From Bacteroidota bacterium (lineage in GTDB: Bacteria; Bacteroidota; Ignavibacteria; UBA10030): 64,000 nt of DNA. Shown here in pieces: positions 1 to 9,619 of the stretch. The notes beneath the pieces are model-generated. The model did no database searches and was not told the DNA's origin. It was given only the letters and a program-made list of their open reading frames with translations. How positions within the stretch are numbered: position 1 is the stretch's first letter; each line of letters starts with the position of its first letter. Both the position numbers and the translations under genes were made by a program. The stretch covers positions 392,990-456,989 of the forward strand of contig JALONQ010000001.1 of assembly GCA_025454835.1 (NCBI GenBank), read 5' to 3'.

Positions 1-497
1 GACCGGTAGCTGGGCGGCAGGCGAACGATGACGTTCCTTCGGTATCGCAACCCCTTCCCAGCCAGATCGGGATGGATGTCGGCCGAGCCGGTCAACGTAC
101 TCGAGGGCTTGGGCATCGAGTCCTTCCAGCCCACCGGCGCAAGCGTGATGGTCGTGTCGCCTTCGACCATGAGCGTCGTGTTCTGAGGTGGGTGCCCGTC
201 ACGTTCGAAGATAGCTTCCGTCTCCCACGATCCTCGCGTGGCCTTGAATTCCATCCGAAGGCCTTTCGGCATGCGGAACGATCGCTCCGCCGTCATCGCT
301 TGGGTCCGTGTCAGTCGTATGATGCTTGGGTCCCAGGTCCCCAGGTCCTCATGATTGCCGGCAACGGTGATCGTGTCACCGATCGGCGTGCTCGGGGGCA
401 GTTGGATGCGAATCGTGACGTCGGAACTCTCTCGACAGCCCGCAAGCATCAGCAACGAGATCGTGACAGGCAACAGCGACCGACGGCAGAAGCGCAT
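1..497 (-). CDS. Lipoprotein with CBM20-like starch-binding domain followed by the start of an alpha/beta-hydrolase (esterase) domain; runs off the window edge
   Basis: Not in the ORF track (no stop in window). Manual translation from ATG 497: MRFCRRSLLPVTISLLMLAGC (lipobox) ...TITVAGNHEDLGTWDP...MEFKATRGSWETEA...RRNVIVRLPPSY; AAGGA upstream; alternative in-frame ATG at 548. Confidence 0.7.
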   Translation of the reverse strand, partial: MRFCRRSLLPVTISLLMLAGCRESSDVTIRIQLPPSTPIGDTITVAGNHEDLGTWDPSIIRLTRTQAMTAERSFRMPKGLRMEFKATRGSWETEAIFERDGHPPQNTTLMVEGDTTITLAPVGWKDSMPKPSSTLTGSADIHPDLAGKGLRYRRNVIVRLPPSYR

Positions 498-562
498 CAC
501 ATCAGCGTCCTTGCGGGACGCGGCGTTGTATTCGGTCATGAGTGCCATGTCGTGAGCGGGGT

Positions 563-1810
563 TCATACCCATCCACGCAGTTTGCAGGCCTCCGCGACTC
601 TCGCGACACCGACCACCATGGCCGCAAGACGCGGATGAGTACCCTTCTCTTGCATAGCCTGCTGCACCGAATGCGACGCCCGCGTCAATTGGGCGTCGAG
701 CCGTTCGTGAACGAGGGATTCTGCCCAGAAGTACGAGTAGCGGTCCTGCACCATCTCGAAATACGAGACCGTCACCCCGCCGGCACTCGCCAGGATGTCC
801 GGGATGACGTGGATCCCCCGGCGATGGAGGATGAGGTCGGCCTCGGGCGTCGTGGGTCCATTGGCCAGCTCACAAATGATGCGGGCCTTGATGCGTTCCG
901 CGTTCACCTCGGAGATGGCATTCTCGAGTGCAGCAGGGTAGAGAATATCGACGTCCAATTCCAGGAGGTCATCCTGCCGGATGGGCTCGCTCTCGGGGAA
1001 GCCTGTCACGCTCCCGGTCGTGAGCTTGTGGGTGACGAGGTTCTTCGCGTTCAGGCCTTTCGCGGAATAGACGGCTCCGCGCGAATCGCTGACGGCGACG
1101 ATCTTGCCGCCGCCGAGCAGTTCCTGATGCAGGAGGGCGGCCCGTTGGCCGGCGTTGCCGAATCCCTGGATGGCCACCCGGCTGCGGGGGTCGACGCCGA
1201 GCGCCCGGCATGCCTCGCGAACGGCGATGACACCGCCCCTGGCCGTGGCACTCCGCCGTCCTTCCGTACCGCCGATCTGCAACGGTTTGTCGGTCAGCAC
1301 GCCGGGTTGATGGCGATGCGTGATCGTTTCGTACTCGTCCATCATCCACGCCATCGTCTGAGGATTCGTGTAGACATCCGGTGCGGGCACGTCTTTGTCG
1401 ACGCCGATGTATTCGGCGACGGCGCGGATATAGCCGCGGGAAAGCGACTCCAACTCCCGCTGTGACATCGATTTGGGCTCGCACACGACCCCCCCCTTGC
1501 CTCCACCGAGGGGCAGATCGGCCACGGCGGTCTTCCAGGTCATCCAAGAGGCGAGGGCCCGTATCGTATCGGCCGTCTCTTCCGGATGGAAGCGGATCCC
1601 GCCCTTCGCGGGTCCTCGCGCCGTGTTATACTGCATGCGATACCCGTGGAAGATCTTCGTGGTCCCATCGTCCATACGGACGGGGATCGTAAAGGAAAAC
1701 TCACGCTGCGGCCAAAGGAGCAGGTCGATCGTCGCTGCGTCGAGGTGAAGCAATCGCGCAGCCTCGAGCACCTGGCGCTGCGTCACGTGGAACGAATTGT
1801 ACGAGGTCAT
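563..1810 (-). CDS. Glu/Leu/Phe/Val dehydrogenase, ~415-aa hexameric GDH type (Thermotoga/Bacillus-like)
   Basis: GPAKGGIRFHP, MTWKTA, LPLGGGKGG, DVPAPDV, QGFGNAG, ELANGPTT, GGVTVSYFE. Confidence 0.92.
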   Translation of the reverse strand: MTSYNSFHVTQRQVLEAARLLHLDAATIDLLLWPQREFSFTIPVRMDDGTTKIFHGYRMQYNTARGPAKGGIRFHPEETADTIRALASWMTWKTAVADLPLGGGKGGVVCEPKSMSQRELESLSRGYIRAVAEYIGVDKDVPAPDVYTNPQTMAWMMDEYETITHRHQPGVLTDKPLQIGGTEGRRSATARGGVIAVREACRALGVDPRSRVAIQGFGNAGQRAALLHQELLGGGKIVAVSDSRGAVYSAKGLNAKNLVTHKLTTGSVTGFPESEPIRQDDLLELDVDILYPAALENAISEVNAERIKARIICELANGPTTPEADLILHRRGIHVIPDILASAGGVTVSYFEMVQDRYSYFWAESLVHERLDAQLTRASHSVQQAMQEKGTHPRLAAMVVGVARVAEACKLRGWV

Positions 1811-2004
1811 GGCATGGGCCCTTCGGACCGGTCCGCTGAGTGACGCTCATCGCGAACGTCGAGGATGATGCGATACCAGCAATGCTTGCACATGAGCGCC
1901 CGGTCGACGCTCAGGAGCACTTGTTCCCATCGGCTGAGGGAATGCCCGCAGTGCGGACACGTCTCAATCGGCGACGGGGGTCGTGGCTGTTGATCCGTTG
2001 CCAT
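1807..2004 (-). CDS. Small zinc-ribbon-like protein (65 aa, CPHC...CKHC)
   Basis: Two CxxC pairs; stop overlaps the downstream GDH start (ATGA, 1807-1810); start overlaps the upstream gene by 41 nt. Confidence 0.7.
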   Translation of the reverse strand: MATDQQPRPPSPIETCPHCGHSLSRWEQVLLSVDRALMCKHCWYRIILDVRDERHSADRSEGPMP

Positions 2005-5000
2005 GCTTCACACCCGGTTTCAATATGACGCCTTTGTTGGAATGCCCGTTGATGCGGATGAGCAGCGGGTCGGCGAAGCGGACATGCCGGACGAATTCCT
2101 GCGACGAATGCGGCGGTTGTGAGAGCAACCACTCCCAGTCGAGAAAGCCCAGGGATTCATTCCGGTCGACGCTGAAGTAAGCGACCATGAAGGAGGTGAT
2201 ATTCTGAAAGAAGTGCGATCCCTGCGACGGAGTCACGGCAAGGTCCCGGAACGACGATTCGACGATCGCCTTCGCCCCGCAGATCTCGTTCCACGCTACC
2301 GGGATCCCCAACCAGGGATCCAGACTTCCCCATCGGCCGACGCCGACGAGCAGATACGGCCGTCCTTCGGAAAGAAGGAGAGAATTGAAGTGGGCCACCT
2401 CGGCCGCCACGAGACGGCTTTTCGCCCGGTCGAACCGATGATCGTCGACGACGACGACGTCGCGGATATCGTCGATCACACCATTCCCAAGAACGCGTGA
2501 GCTCTGGCACACCAGCTCGTTCCGGTTGAACATTTCGACGTTCAGTTCGTCGATCTCCCGATGGAGCACCAACGGCCGCATCTGCAGAAGGCCGAATTCC
2601 TTGGGTCGGCCGGCGGGCGGCGTCAGATTCACCGCAAACTCCAGCTCGACGGGCGTGCCCATGCCCCACGTACCCATGTCGAGCAGAAGATCGACGACCG
2701 CTGGCAGCGGAAACGACCTGCCCCGGAGAAGAGGCCCGAATGTGACGAGCCGGATCCCCTCTCGCGAGATGCCGTCGACGACAACGTCGTTGTCGGGGGA
2801 GAAGGTCGAACCGACGGGCGCCAACGTTCCATGCGACTCTGCCACGCTCAGGTCGAAGGCGCTGACGTGTTGATCGGTCGTGACGTCCCAGACCGCCGAC
2901 TCCGTATCCTCATCAAGCCGGAGCGCGAAGAAATCCCGCTGCGTGGTCGCGATGGCCTCATCGGCGGAGTAGAATTGGATGAGGTCGGTCGGATAGCGTG
3001 GACAGAACCGGACGACCGTTCCGCCTTCGACCACCATCTTGCCAAGCCCAAGCGCCACAGCCACGGTGCCGTCCGATGGCTTTTGCGTGGGGAGCGGGTA
3101 GAAATTGTATGACCGGGCCACGCCGGCGAAGCTTGGATAGAACGTCGCACCGTGGCGCGTCCCCACGAGCTTCTGGATGATCACCGCCATCTTCTCCTCC
3201 TCCTGGCGGTAACTCGTCATCCGAATGTAATTCTTTGCTCCTTGATAGTACGTCGACGCATAGACCCGCTTGATCGTCGTCAGGAGCTCGTTGAGCCGGA
3301 CAAGAGGATTGGCGTGCGTGTTCGGGAGCATGTACGTCTCGTACACTCCGGCGAACGGATGGTACTGCGAGTCCTCAAGGAGGCTCGAAGAGCGGACGGC
3401 GAGCGGAGCCCGCACGAGGTCGAGGAAGGCCACGAGCGCGGCCACCGCCTTTTCCGGAAAGTACGAGGCTTCCACGAATCGGCGCGTGATCTCCAGGTCA
3501 TCCGTGCTTGTCAGGGCAAAAGACCGCAGGCCGTTCGTGTCCACAAAATCGTCGAACACGTCGGTCGCAACGACGACCGCAGGGGGAACGGCGACCTCCA
3601 CCCCCCCGAACCGGTTGCGCACGTCGTAGTCGTTGATGATCGTGCTGATGAAACCCAGGCCGCGTCCCTTGCCCCCGAGCGATCCGCCGCCGATCCGGGC
3701 GAAGCTGCTGTCGGGGTCGAACGTGTCCCGGGCAAACTCGGCAATGATCCCGCGTTGCCTGACGGCGCGATACTCGCGGAGCGATTCGATGAGGTCCACA
3801 CGCAGGGCCTCACCCGTCGGATAATCGCTCACCTTGCGCGGCCGGAGCCGGTGGGCAAGCCAGAACTCCGTCCTCGCCTTCAACCAGTTCGAGAAGTGAT
3901 TCCGCTCCGCATGGTAGATGATGCTCTCGACCGGGACCCGGGCGAGCTGCTCCTCGAGCAGCCGCATGTCGCCCGCACGACCCACCTCCATCCCTCCTGG
4001 CATCCGGAATACGAAGTCGCCGAAGCTGAAGTACTGCATCATGAACGACCGGATATCCGACTGGAGAGTTGGGGAATCCTTGACGGAGAAGGCGGCGCCT
4101 TCGCCATGCGCCCGCGGCCCATTGTCGGGATTGTTCGAAAGGAGAAGCATCGGAAGGTCCGGCTGGCGTTGCTTCACCCGTCGGGCGAACTCGAGTCCCG
4201 ACCCGGCATCAAGTTTGCCGTCCCGCGGAAATTCGATGTCGGAGATGATGCCCAGCATGAAATCGCGGTAACGATCGTAGGTCTCCCAGGCCTCTTCGAA
4301 CGTCGTGCACAGAAGGATCTTCGGACGAGCGCGCATGCGCAGGAGTTTGTGGGAGAGGTTGATCCCCTCCGAAAGGAGTCGCCGCGACTGCTCCAACACC
4401 TCGGTATAGACCACTGGAAGGAGCGACGAGTACGCTTTGACGTTGTCTTCAACGACCACGATCGTTTGGACTCCCACCATGCTCGCATCGTGGGCGACGT
4501 TCATCCGGTCTTCGAGATACTTGATGATGGCGATGATGATCCGGAAGTCACCTTGCCATACGAACACCCTGTCGAACGCGTTGGGCGACGCCGACAGTAG
4601 GAGCTGCTGTAGCTCCCGGTTGTCGTGCGTCAGAAGCACGACAGGGATATTGAGACCCTCCTCCTTCACGAGGCGTGAGAAATGCGCCGCGTGCATGTCA
4701 TCGATGTGCAGCGTCGTGACGATCAGGTCAAAGCGCCGCTCTTCCTTCGCCAGCCGGATGGCCTCCCGGCCGCTCGAAACGCGCGTGAGCTCAGGAGAAT
4801 ACCCGAGGTTGAATCCCTCATACTCGTTGCGGATCAACTCGTAGAGCCGGCCGTCCTCCTCGAACAGATACAGATCGTACAGGCTCGACACCAGCAGGAT
4901 ATCGCGGATGCGGAGCCGCATCAGGTTCTGGAAACCCTGGAAGCGATTGCCGTATCCGTGCTCGACGAGGAGGATGTCGAGCGAGGAGGCCGTTTGTTCC

Positions 5001-5014
5001 TGGCTGGGATGCAT
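1964..5014 (-). CDS. Receiver-domain(s) + PEP/pyruvate-binding (PPDK_N ATP-grasp) domain protein, paralog 1
   Basis: REC-like VVVEDN...IISDIEFP...LLLS...K; ATP-grasp motifs GGKGRGL, AVRSSSLLED...FAGVYETY, MAVIIQ, ALGLG, LQMRP; C-terminal SQGSHFFQN. Confidence 0.85.
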   Translation of the reverse strand: MHPSQEQTASSLDILLVEHGYGNRFQGFQNLMRLRIRDILLVSSLYDLYLFEEDGRLYELIRNEYEGFNLGYSPELTRVSSGREAIRLAKEERRFDLIVTTLHIDDMHAAHFSRLVKEEGLNIPVVLLTHDNRELQQLLLSASPNAFDRVFVWQGDFRIIIAIIKYLEDRMNVAHDASMVGVQTIVVVEDNVKAYSSLLPVVYTEVLEQSRRLLSEGINLSHKLLRMRARPKILLCTTFEEAWETYDRYRDFMLGIISDIEFPRDGKLDAGSGLEFARRVKQRQPDLPMLLLSNNPDNGPRAHGEGAAFSVKDSPTLQSDIRSFMMQYFSFGDFVFRMPGGMEVGRAGDMRLLEEQLARVPVESIIYHAERNHFSNWLKARTEFWLAHRLRPRKVSDYPTGEALRVDLIESLREYRAVRQRGIIAEFARDTFDPDSSFARIGGGSLGGKGRGLGFISTIINDYDVRNRFGGVEVAVPPAVVVATDVFDDFVDTNGLRSFALTSTDDLEITRRFVEASYFPEKAVAALVAFLDLVRAPLAVRSSSLLEDSQYHPFAGVYETYMLPNTHANPLVRLNELLTTIKRVYASTYYQGAKNYIRMTSYRQEEEKMAVIIQKLVGTRHGATFYPSFAGVARSYNFYPLPTQKPSDGTVAVALGLGKMVVEGGTVVRFCPRYPTDLIQFYSADEAIATTQRDFFALRLDEDTESAVWDVTTDQHVSAFDLSVAESHGTLAPVGSTFSPDNDVVVDGISREGIRLVTFGPLLRGRSFPLPAVVDLLLDMGTWGMGTPVELEFAVNLTPPAGRPKEFGLLQMRPLVLHREIDELNVEMFNRNELVCQSSRVLGNGVIDDIRDVVVVDDHRFDRAKSRLVAAEVAHFNSLLLSEGRPYLLVGVGRWGSLDPWLGIPVAWNEICGAKAIVESSFRDLAVTPSQGSHFFQNITSFMVAYFSVDRNESLGFLDWEWLLSQPPHSSQEFVRHVRFADPLLIRINGHSNKGVILKPGVKHGNGSTATTPVAD

Positions 5015-5079
5015 GTCGTCGCGTGAGCCCGCGGACGAGGCGATGCATGTCCCCGTCCGCGGGCGGTCCGCGCCTTCGT

Positions 5080-6441
5080 TTACACGACGCCCTGGTCAAC
5101 CATGGCGTCGGCGACCTTCAAGAAGCCGCCGATGTTCGCGCCGTTGACGTAGTTTCCGGGCGTTCCGAACCGGTCGGCCATCTCGACGCACGTCTTGTGG
5201 ATGCTCTTCATGATGAGATGGAGCCGCTGGTCCACCTCTTCGCGTGTCCACGGAAGCCTCATGCTGTTCTGAGACATTTCGAGACCGGACGTGGCCACGC
5301 CACCGGCGTTCGCCGCCTTGCCCGGACCGTACAGCACCTTCGCGTCGAGGAAGACCTTCACTCCGTCGGGCGTCGTCGGCATGTTCGCGCCCTCGGCGAT
5401 ACAGTGTACGCCGTTCCGCACGAGCGTTGCCGCGTCTTTGCCGTTGATCTCATTCTGCGTGGCGCTCGGAAAGGCGCAATCGGCCTTGTGCGTCCACAGC
5501 GGATTCGCGTCGGCCTTCGGATCGATCGGGAAATAGACCGCGCCCTTGTACTTGTCGGTGTATTCCTTCATCCGTCCACGACGGACGTTCTTCAATTGCA
5601 TGACAAAGGCCAGCTTCTCCCGGTCAATGCCCGCCTCATCATAGATATAGCCGTTCGAATCCGACAACGTGACCGCCTTGCCACCGAGGTCGAGGATCTT
5701 CTCGACCGTGTACTGGGCCACGTTGCCGCTGCCCGACACCAGGCAGCTCTTTCCCTTCAGCGTCGTTGAGCGCGTACCGAGCATTTCCGCCGCGAAGTAC
5801 ACCGCACCGTAGCCCGTCGCTTCCGGACGGATGAGCGACCCCCCCCAGTTGAGCCCCTTGCCCGTCAAGACGCCGGTGAACTCGTTCCGGAGCTTCTTGT
5901 ACATGCCGAACAGATACCCGATCTCACGTCCACCGACCCCGATGTCGCCGGCCGGTACGTCGGTGTTGGGACCAATATGGCGGGACAGTTCGGCCATAAA
6001 AGCCTGGCAGAACCGCATGATCGAGAGCTCGCTCTTTCCCTTCGGGTCAAAGTCCGATCCACCTTTGCCCCCGCCCATCGGAAGCGTTGTCAGGCTGTTC
6101 TTGAACACCTGTTCGAATGCCAGAAACTTCAGGATCCCGAGCGTGACGGAAGGATGGAATCGCAATCCTCCCTTGTAGGGTCCGATCGCGCTGTTCATCT
6201 CGATCCGATAGCCCCGGTTGACATGGATGTCCCCTCGGTCGTCGACCCAAGGAACACGGAAAGTGATCACGCGCTCGGGTTCGACCATCCGTTCCAGGAT
6301 CCGGGCCGTGCGGTACTCCGGATGCCGCTCGAGAACGAGCGCGAGTGAATCGACGACCTCCTGAACGGCTTGGTGAAATTCCGGCTCCGCAGGATTCTTC
6401 GCCTTCACTTCAGCCATGAAATCAGAGACGAAAGTTGACAT
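5080..6441 (-). CDS. gdhA: Glutamate dehydrogenase, NADP-type fingerprint (453 aa)
   Basis: GPYKGGLRFHPSV, PMGGGKGGSDFDPKGKS, DVPAGDIGVG, SGSGNVAQY...TLSDSNG (as in E. coli GdhA); SD GAGGAGG before ATG 6441. Confidence 0.95.
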   Translation of the reverse strand: MSTFVSDFMAEVKAKNPAEPEFHQAVQEVVDSLALVLERHPEYRTARILERMVEPERVITFRVPWVDDRGDIHVNRGYRIEMNSAIGPYKGGLRFHPSVTLGILKFLAFEQVFKNSLTTLPMGGGKGGSDFDPKGKSELSIMRFCQAFMAELSRHIGPNTDVPAGDIGVGGREIGYLFGMYKKLRNEFTGVLTGKGLNWGGSLIRPEATGYGAVYFAAEMLGTRSTTLKGKSCLVSGSGNVAQYTVEKILDLGGKAVTLSDSNGYIYDEAGIDREKLAFVMQLKNVRRGRMKEYTDKYKGAVYFPIDPKADANPLWTHKADCAFPSATQNEINGKDAATLVRNGVHCIAEGANMPTTPDGVKVFLDAKVLYGPGKAANAGGVATSGLEMSQNSMRLPWTREEVDQRLHLIMKSIHKTCVEMADRFGTPGNYVNGANIGGFLKVADAMVDQGVV

Positions 6442-6534
6442 AGAAACCTCCTCGCAGGTGAGTTGTGGAGCGTGATGGGGCTGGGCCCTACCAGAAACCG
6501 CCACGAGCCCGTATGGCGTCGAACGCAACAGCGA

Positions 6535-9531
6535 TCAGGTCACTCCGGGTTTCAGGATGACCCCGCGATTCTTGTGCCCATTGATCTTTGCGATCAGCGG
6601 CCGGTCGAAACACAGGTGTCGGGCCATCGAAAGCTCACGGACGGCCGGCTGCGAACGCAACCAGTCCCAGTTCACCCGCCCGAGGTGTTCGAACGGGTTG
6701 ACGGTGAAGTATCCTACACGGAACGACGTGATGTTCTGGAAGAAATGCGATCCCTGGGACGGTGTTACATTGAAATCGCGGAAGGCCGACTCGACGATGA
6801 CCGAGGCGCCGGCGATCTGATCCCAGCTGACCGGTATTCCAAGCCAATGGTCGAGACTTCCCCAGCGACCGACTCCGATGAGGATGTAGGGACGCTTCTG
6901 TGAGAGCAGGACCGCATTGAGCTCAGCGACCTCGCTCGCCACGAGCTTGCTCTGTTCCCGATCGAACGATTCGATGTCGACGACGATAGCATCGTAGATA
7001 TCGTTGATCATCCCGTTGCCGAGCACCCGTTCGCTCGAGCAAACCACGTCGGCCTCTTCGTAGGTGCCGATCTCAAGCTCATCGAGCTCCCGATGGAGCA
7101 CCATCGGACGGATCTGCAACATCGCGAACTCCTGCAGCCGACCATCCAGACCGGTGAGCGTCGCCGCGAACTCGATCTCGACGGGCGTGCCCATACCCCA
7201 CGTTCCCATTTCGAGCATGAGATCGACGATCTCAGGCAGCGGAAAGATCTGATGCTTGAGGACCGGAGCGAAGGTTACAACGCGCTTGCCTGGACGCGAG
7301 ATGCCGTCATACACGGCCTCGTTCTCGGGGGACCAGGTTGAACCGACGGCGTACAGCGTTCCGTCTGCCTCGGACGATGCGAGGTCGTAGCGGCAGATGA
7401 AGGTCTCGGGGGCATGCGCCGCACCATCGCGCAGGTCAGCCTCCAGGTCGAGGGCATAGAACTGTTGCTGCGCGTGCTTGATCGTTTCGTTCGTCGAGTA
7501 GAACTGCATGAGATGGCGCGGATGCTTCGGGCAGAACCGGACGACATTGCCGCCGTCGACGACGGTCTTGCCAAGGCCGAGAGCCACCTGGACGATGCCG
7601 TCGGTCGCAGACTGCGGTGGTACTGGATAGAAATTGTAGGATTTCGCCACGCCGGCAAAATCGGGATAGAAGCGGCCATTGTGCCGTTCGCCGACCACAC
7701 ACTGGATGATCACGGCCATCTTCTCTTCTTCGAGCCGATAGGCCGTGGCCTTCATGTAGTCCCGTGCCTGCCTCGCGAACGTCGAGGCATAGACCAGCTT
7801 GATGCTCTCGATGAGCTCTTGCATCCGGAGGTGCTTGTCCGGATTGTTGTTCGGGATCATATACGTCTCGTAGACCCCTGCGAACGGCTGATACTGTGCG
7901 TCCTCCAGCAGGCTCGACGAGCGGATCGCCAGCGGCTCCTTGACGATGTCAAGATAGTCCCAGAGTTTGCGGACCACCTCGTGGGAGAAGTGCGGGGCCT
8001 CGAGGAATCGATCCCGGAGTTCCTTGTCGTCCGGTCCCGACAGTGCGAACGCCTCCAGATGATTCTTCTCGAGGAACTCGTCGAAGACATCCGTGGCGAT
8101 GATGACAGCCGAGGGAACGCTGATGACCACGCCCGGGAAGCGGTGGCGGAGACCGTAGTTATTGATGAGCGAATTGACGAATCCCAGGCCGCGCGCCTTG
8201 CCACCGAGCGATCCGCCACCCATCCGTGCCAGGGTATTCTTCGGGTCGAAGCTCTCCGCCGAGAACTCGAGAATGACCCCGCGCTGGCGCATCTCGCGGT
8301 ACCGACGCAGATCGCCGATCAGCGATTGGCGGAGCGCTTCTGGCGTAGGATAGTCATCGACCTTCTGGGGCCGGAGCCGATATGCCAGGCCGAACTCCGT
8401 TCGGGCCTTCAGCCACTTCGAAAAGTGATTCCGGTTCGCGTGGAAGACGATCGACTCCTCCGGCACCGACATGAGGCCTTCTTCGAGCGTCGTGAGATCG
8501 ACCGCCCGGCCGACCTCGGTTCCATCAGCCATTCTGAACTGGAAATCGCCGAAACCGAAGTTATTGAGAACAAAGGCCCTGAGCTCGTGCAAGAGTCGGG
8601 GATCGCCTTTCCGGAGGAATGCGGCACCGCACTCGTGCGCCGACGCTTCAAAGTCCGTATTGCTCGACTGGAGCAGCACGGGAATATCGTCTTGAAGCTC
8701 GCGGACTTTGCGTGCGAAGAGGAGCCCGGCCTCCGGGTCCTTCACGCCGTTGCGGACGTAGTTAACGTCGGAGACAATACCGAGGACGTGCTCTCGATAG
8801 GTCTGGAATGCCGCCCACGCCTCGTCGTACGTGTGACAGAGCAGGATCTTGGGCCTGGCGCGCATGCGCAGCAGCCGGTGAGAGATGTTGACGCCTTCAC
8901 GGATCAGGCGTTGCGATTGATTGAGGACCTCCGAATAGAGGATGGGCAGGTAGGAAGAGTAGAATTTGACATTGTCTTCGACGAGGATGATCACCTGCAC
9001 GCCGGCCATCCGGGTGTCCTCTTCGACATTGCGCCGGTCCTCGATATCCTTGATGATGGCGATCAGAAGCCGGTAGTCGCCGAGCCAGATGAAGATGCGC
9101 TCGAAGATCGACGTGTCGTACTGCGTCACGATCTCTTTGCGCTCCTGGTTGTCATACGCGAGGAGGATGATCGGGATGTCGTACCCGGCGGCGCGGACCG
9201 CCTGCGCGAACTTCACGACATGCATATCCTCAATATGCATCGTCGAGATAATGAGGTCGAACGCTCGGCCGTCCCTCATGAGCTCGAGGGCTTCGGCAGC
9301 CGTCGAGGCGTGGGTGAACTCGGGAACGAAGCTCAGATTAAGAGCCATCGCCTCCTGGTGCACGAGTTCGTACAGCCGGCCATCCTCTTCGAACAGATAG
9401 TTGTCGTAGAGGCTCGAGACCAGGAGGATGTCGCGGACACGGAAGCGCATCAAGTGCTGAAAGCTCTTGATGCGGCTCCCCTGGATGTCTTCGGTATGGC
9501 GGAGGTCGGCGTTCTCCATCATCATCGGCAT
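6535..9531 (-). CDS. Receiver-domain(s) + PEP/pyruvate-binding (PPDK_N ATP-grasp) domain protein, paralog 2
   Basis: Collinear with 1964-5014 along its length: ILVEDN, IVSDVNY, GGKARGL, AIRSSSLLED...FAGVYETY, LQIRP, GRWGSLDHWLGIPV, SQGSHFFQN. Confidence 0.85.
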   Translation of the reverse strand: MPMMMENADLRHTEDIQGSRIKSFQHLMRFRVRDILLVSSLYDNYLFEEDGRLYELVHQEAMALNLSFVPEFTHASTAAEALELMRDGRAFDLIISTMHIEDMHVVKFAQAVRAAGYDIPIILLAYDNQERKEIVTQYDTSIFERIFIWLGDYRLLIAIIKDIEDRRNVEEDTRMAGVQVIILVEDNVKFYSSYLPILYSEVLNQSQRLIREGVNISHRLLRMRARPKILLCHTYDEAWAAFQTYREHVLGIVSDVNYVRNGVKDPEAGLLFARKVRELQDDIPVLLQSSNTDFEASAHECGAAFLRKGDPRLLHELRAFVLNNFGFGDFQFRMADGTEVGRAVDLTTLEEGLMSVPEESIVFHANRNHFSKWLKARTEFGLAYRLRPQKVDDYPTPEALRQSLIGDLRRYREMRQRGVILEFSAESFDPKNTLARMGGGSLGGKARGLGFVNSLINNYGLRHRFPGVVISVPSAVIIATDVFDEFLEKNHLEAFALSGPDDKELRDRFLEAPHFSHEVVRKLWDYLDIVKEPLAIRSSSLLEDAQYQPFAGVYETYMIPNNNPDKHLRMQELIESIKLVYASTFARQARDYMKATAYRLEEEKMAVIIQCVVGERHNGRFYPDFAGVAKSYNFYPVPPQSATDGIVQVALGLGKTVVDGGNVVRFCPKHPRHLMQFYSTNETIKHAQQQFYALDLEADLRDGAAHAPETFICRYDLASSEADGTLYAVGSTWSPENEAVYDGISRPGKRVVTFAPVLKHQIFPLPEIVDLMLEMGTWGMGTPVEIEFAATLTGLDGRLQEFAMLQIRPMVLHRELDELEIGTYEEADVVCSSERVLGNGMINDIYDAIVVDIESFDREQSKLVASEVAELNAVLLSQKRPYILIGVGRWGSLDHWLGIPVSWDQIAGASVIVESAFRDFNVTPSQGSHFFQNITSFRVGYFTVNPFEHLGRVNWDWLRSQPAVRELSMARHLCFDRPLIAKINGHKNRGVILKPGVT

Positions 9532-9619
9532 GTCACCATCCGTCAGTTCGCAACCGCTGCGATGCCACCGGACGGTATGCGTCTGGAGCCTTCGTCCGGC
9601 AGATCCGGACGGTCCCCGA

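Noticed and set aside
1964..9531. Calling the two large proteins ppsA/ppdK
   Set aside because: No C-terminal pyruvate-binding TIM barrel is present and they carry N-terminal receiver domains
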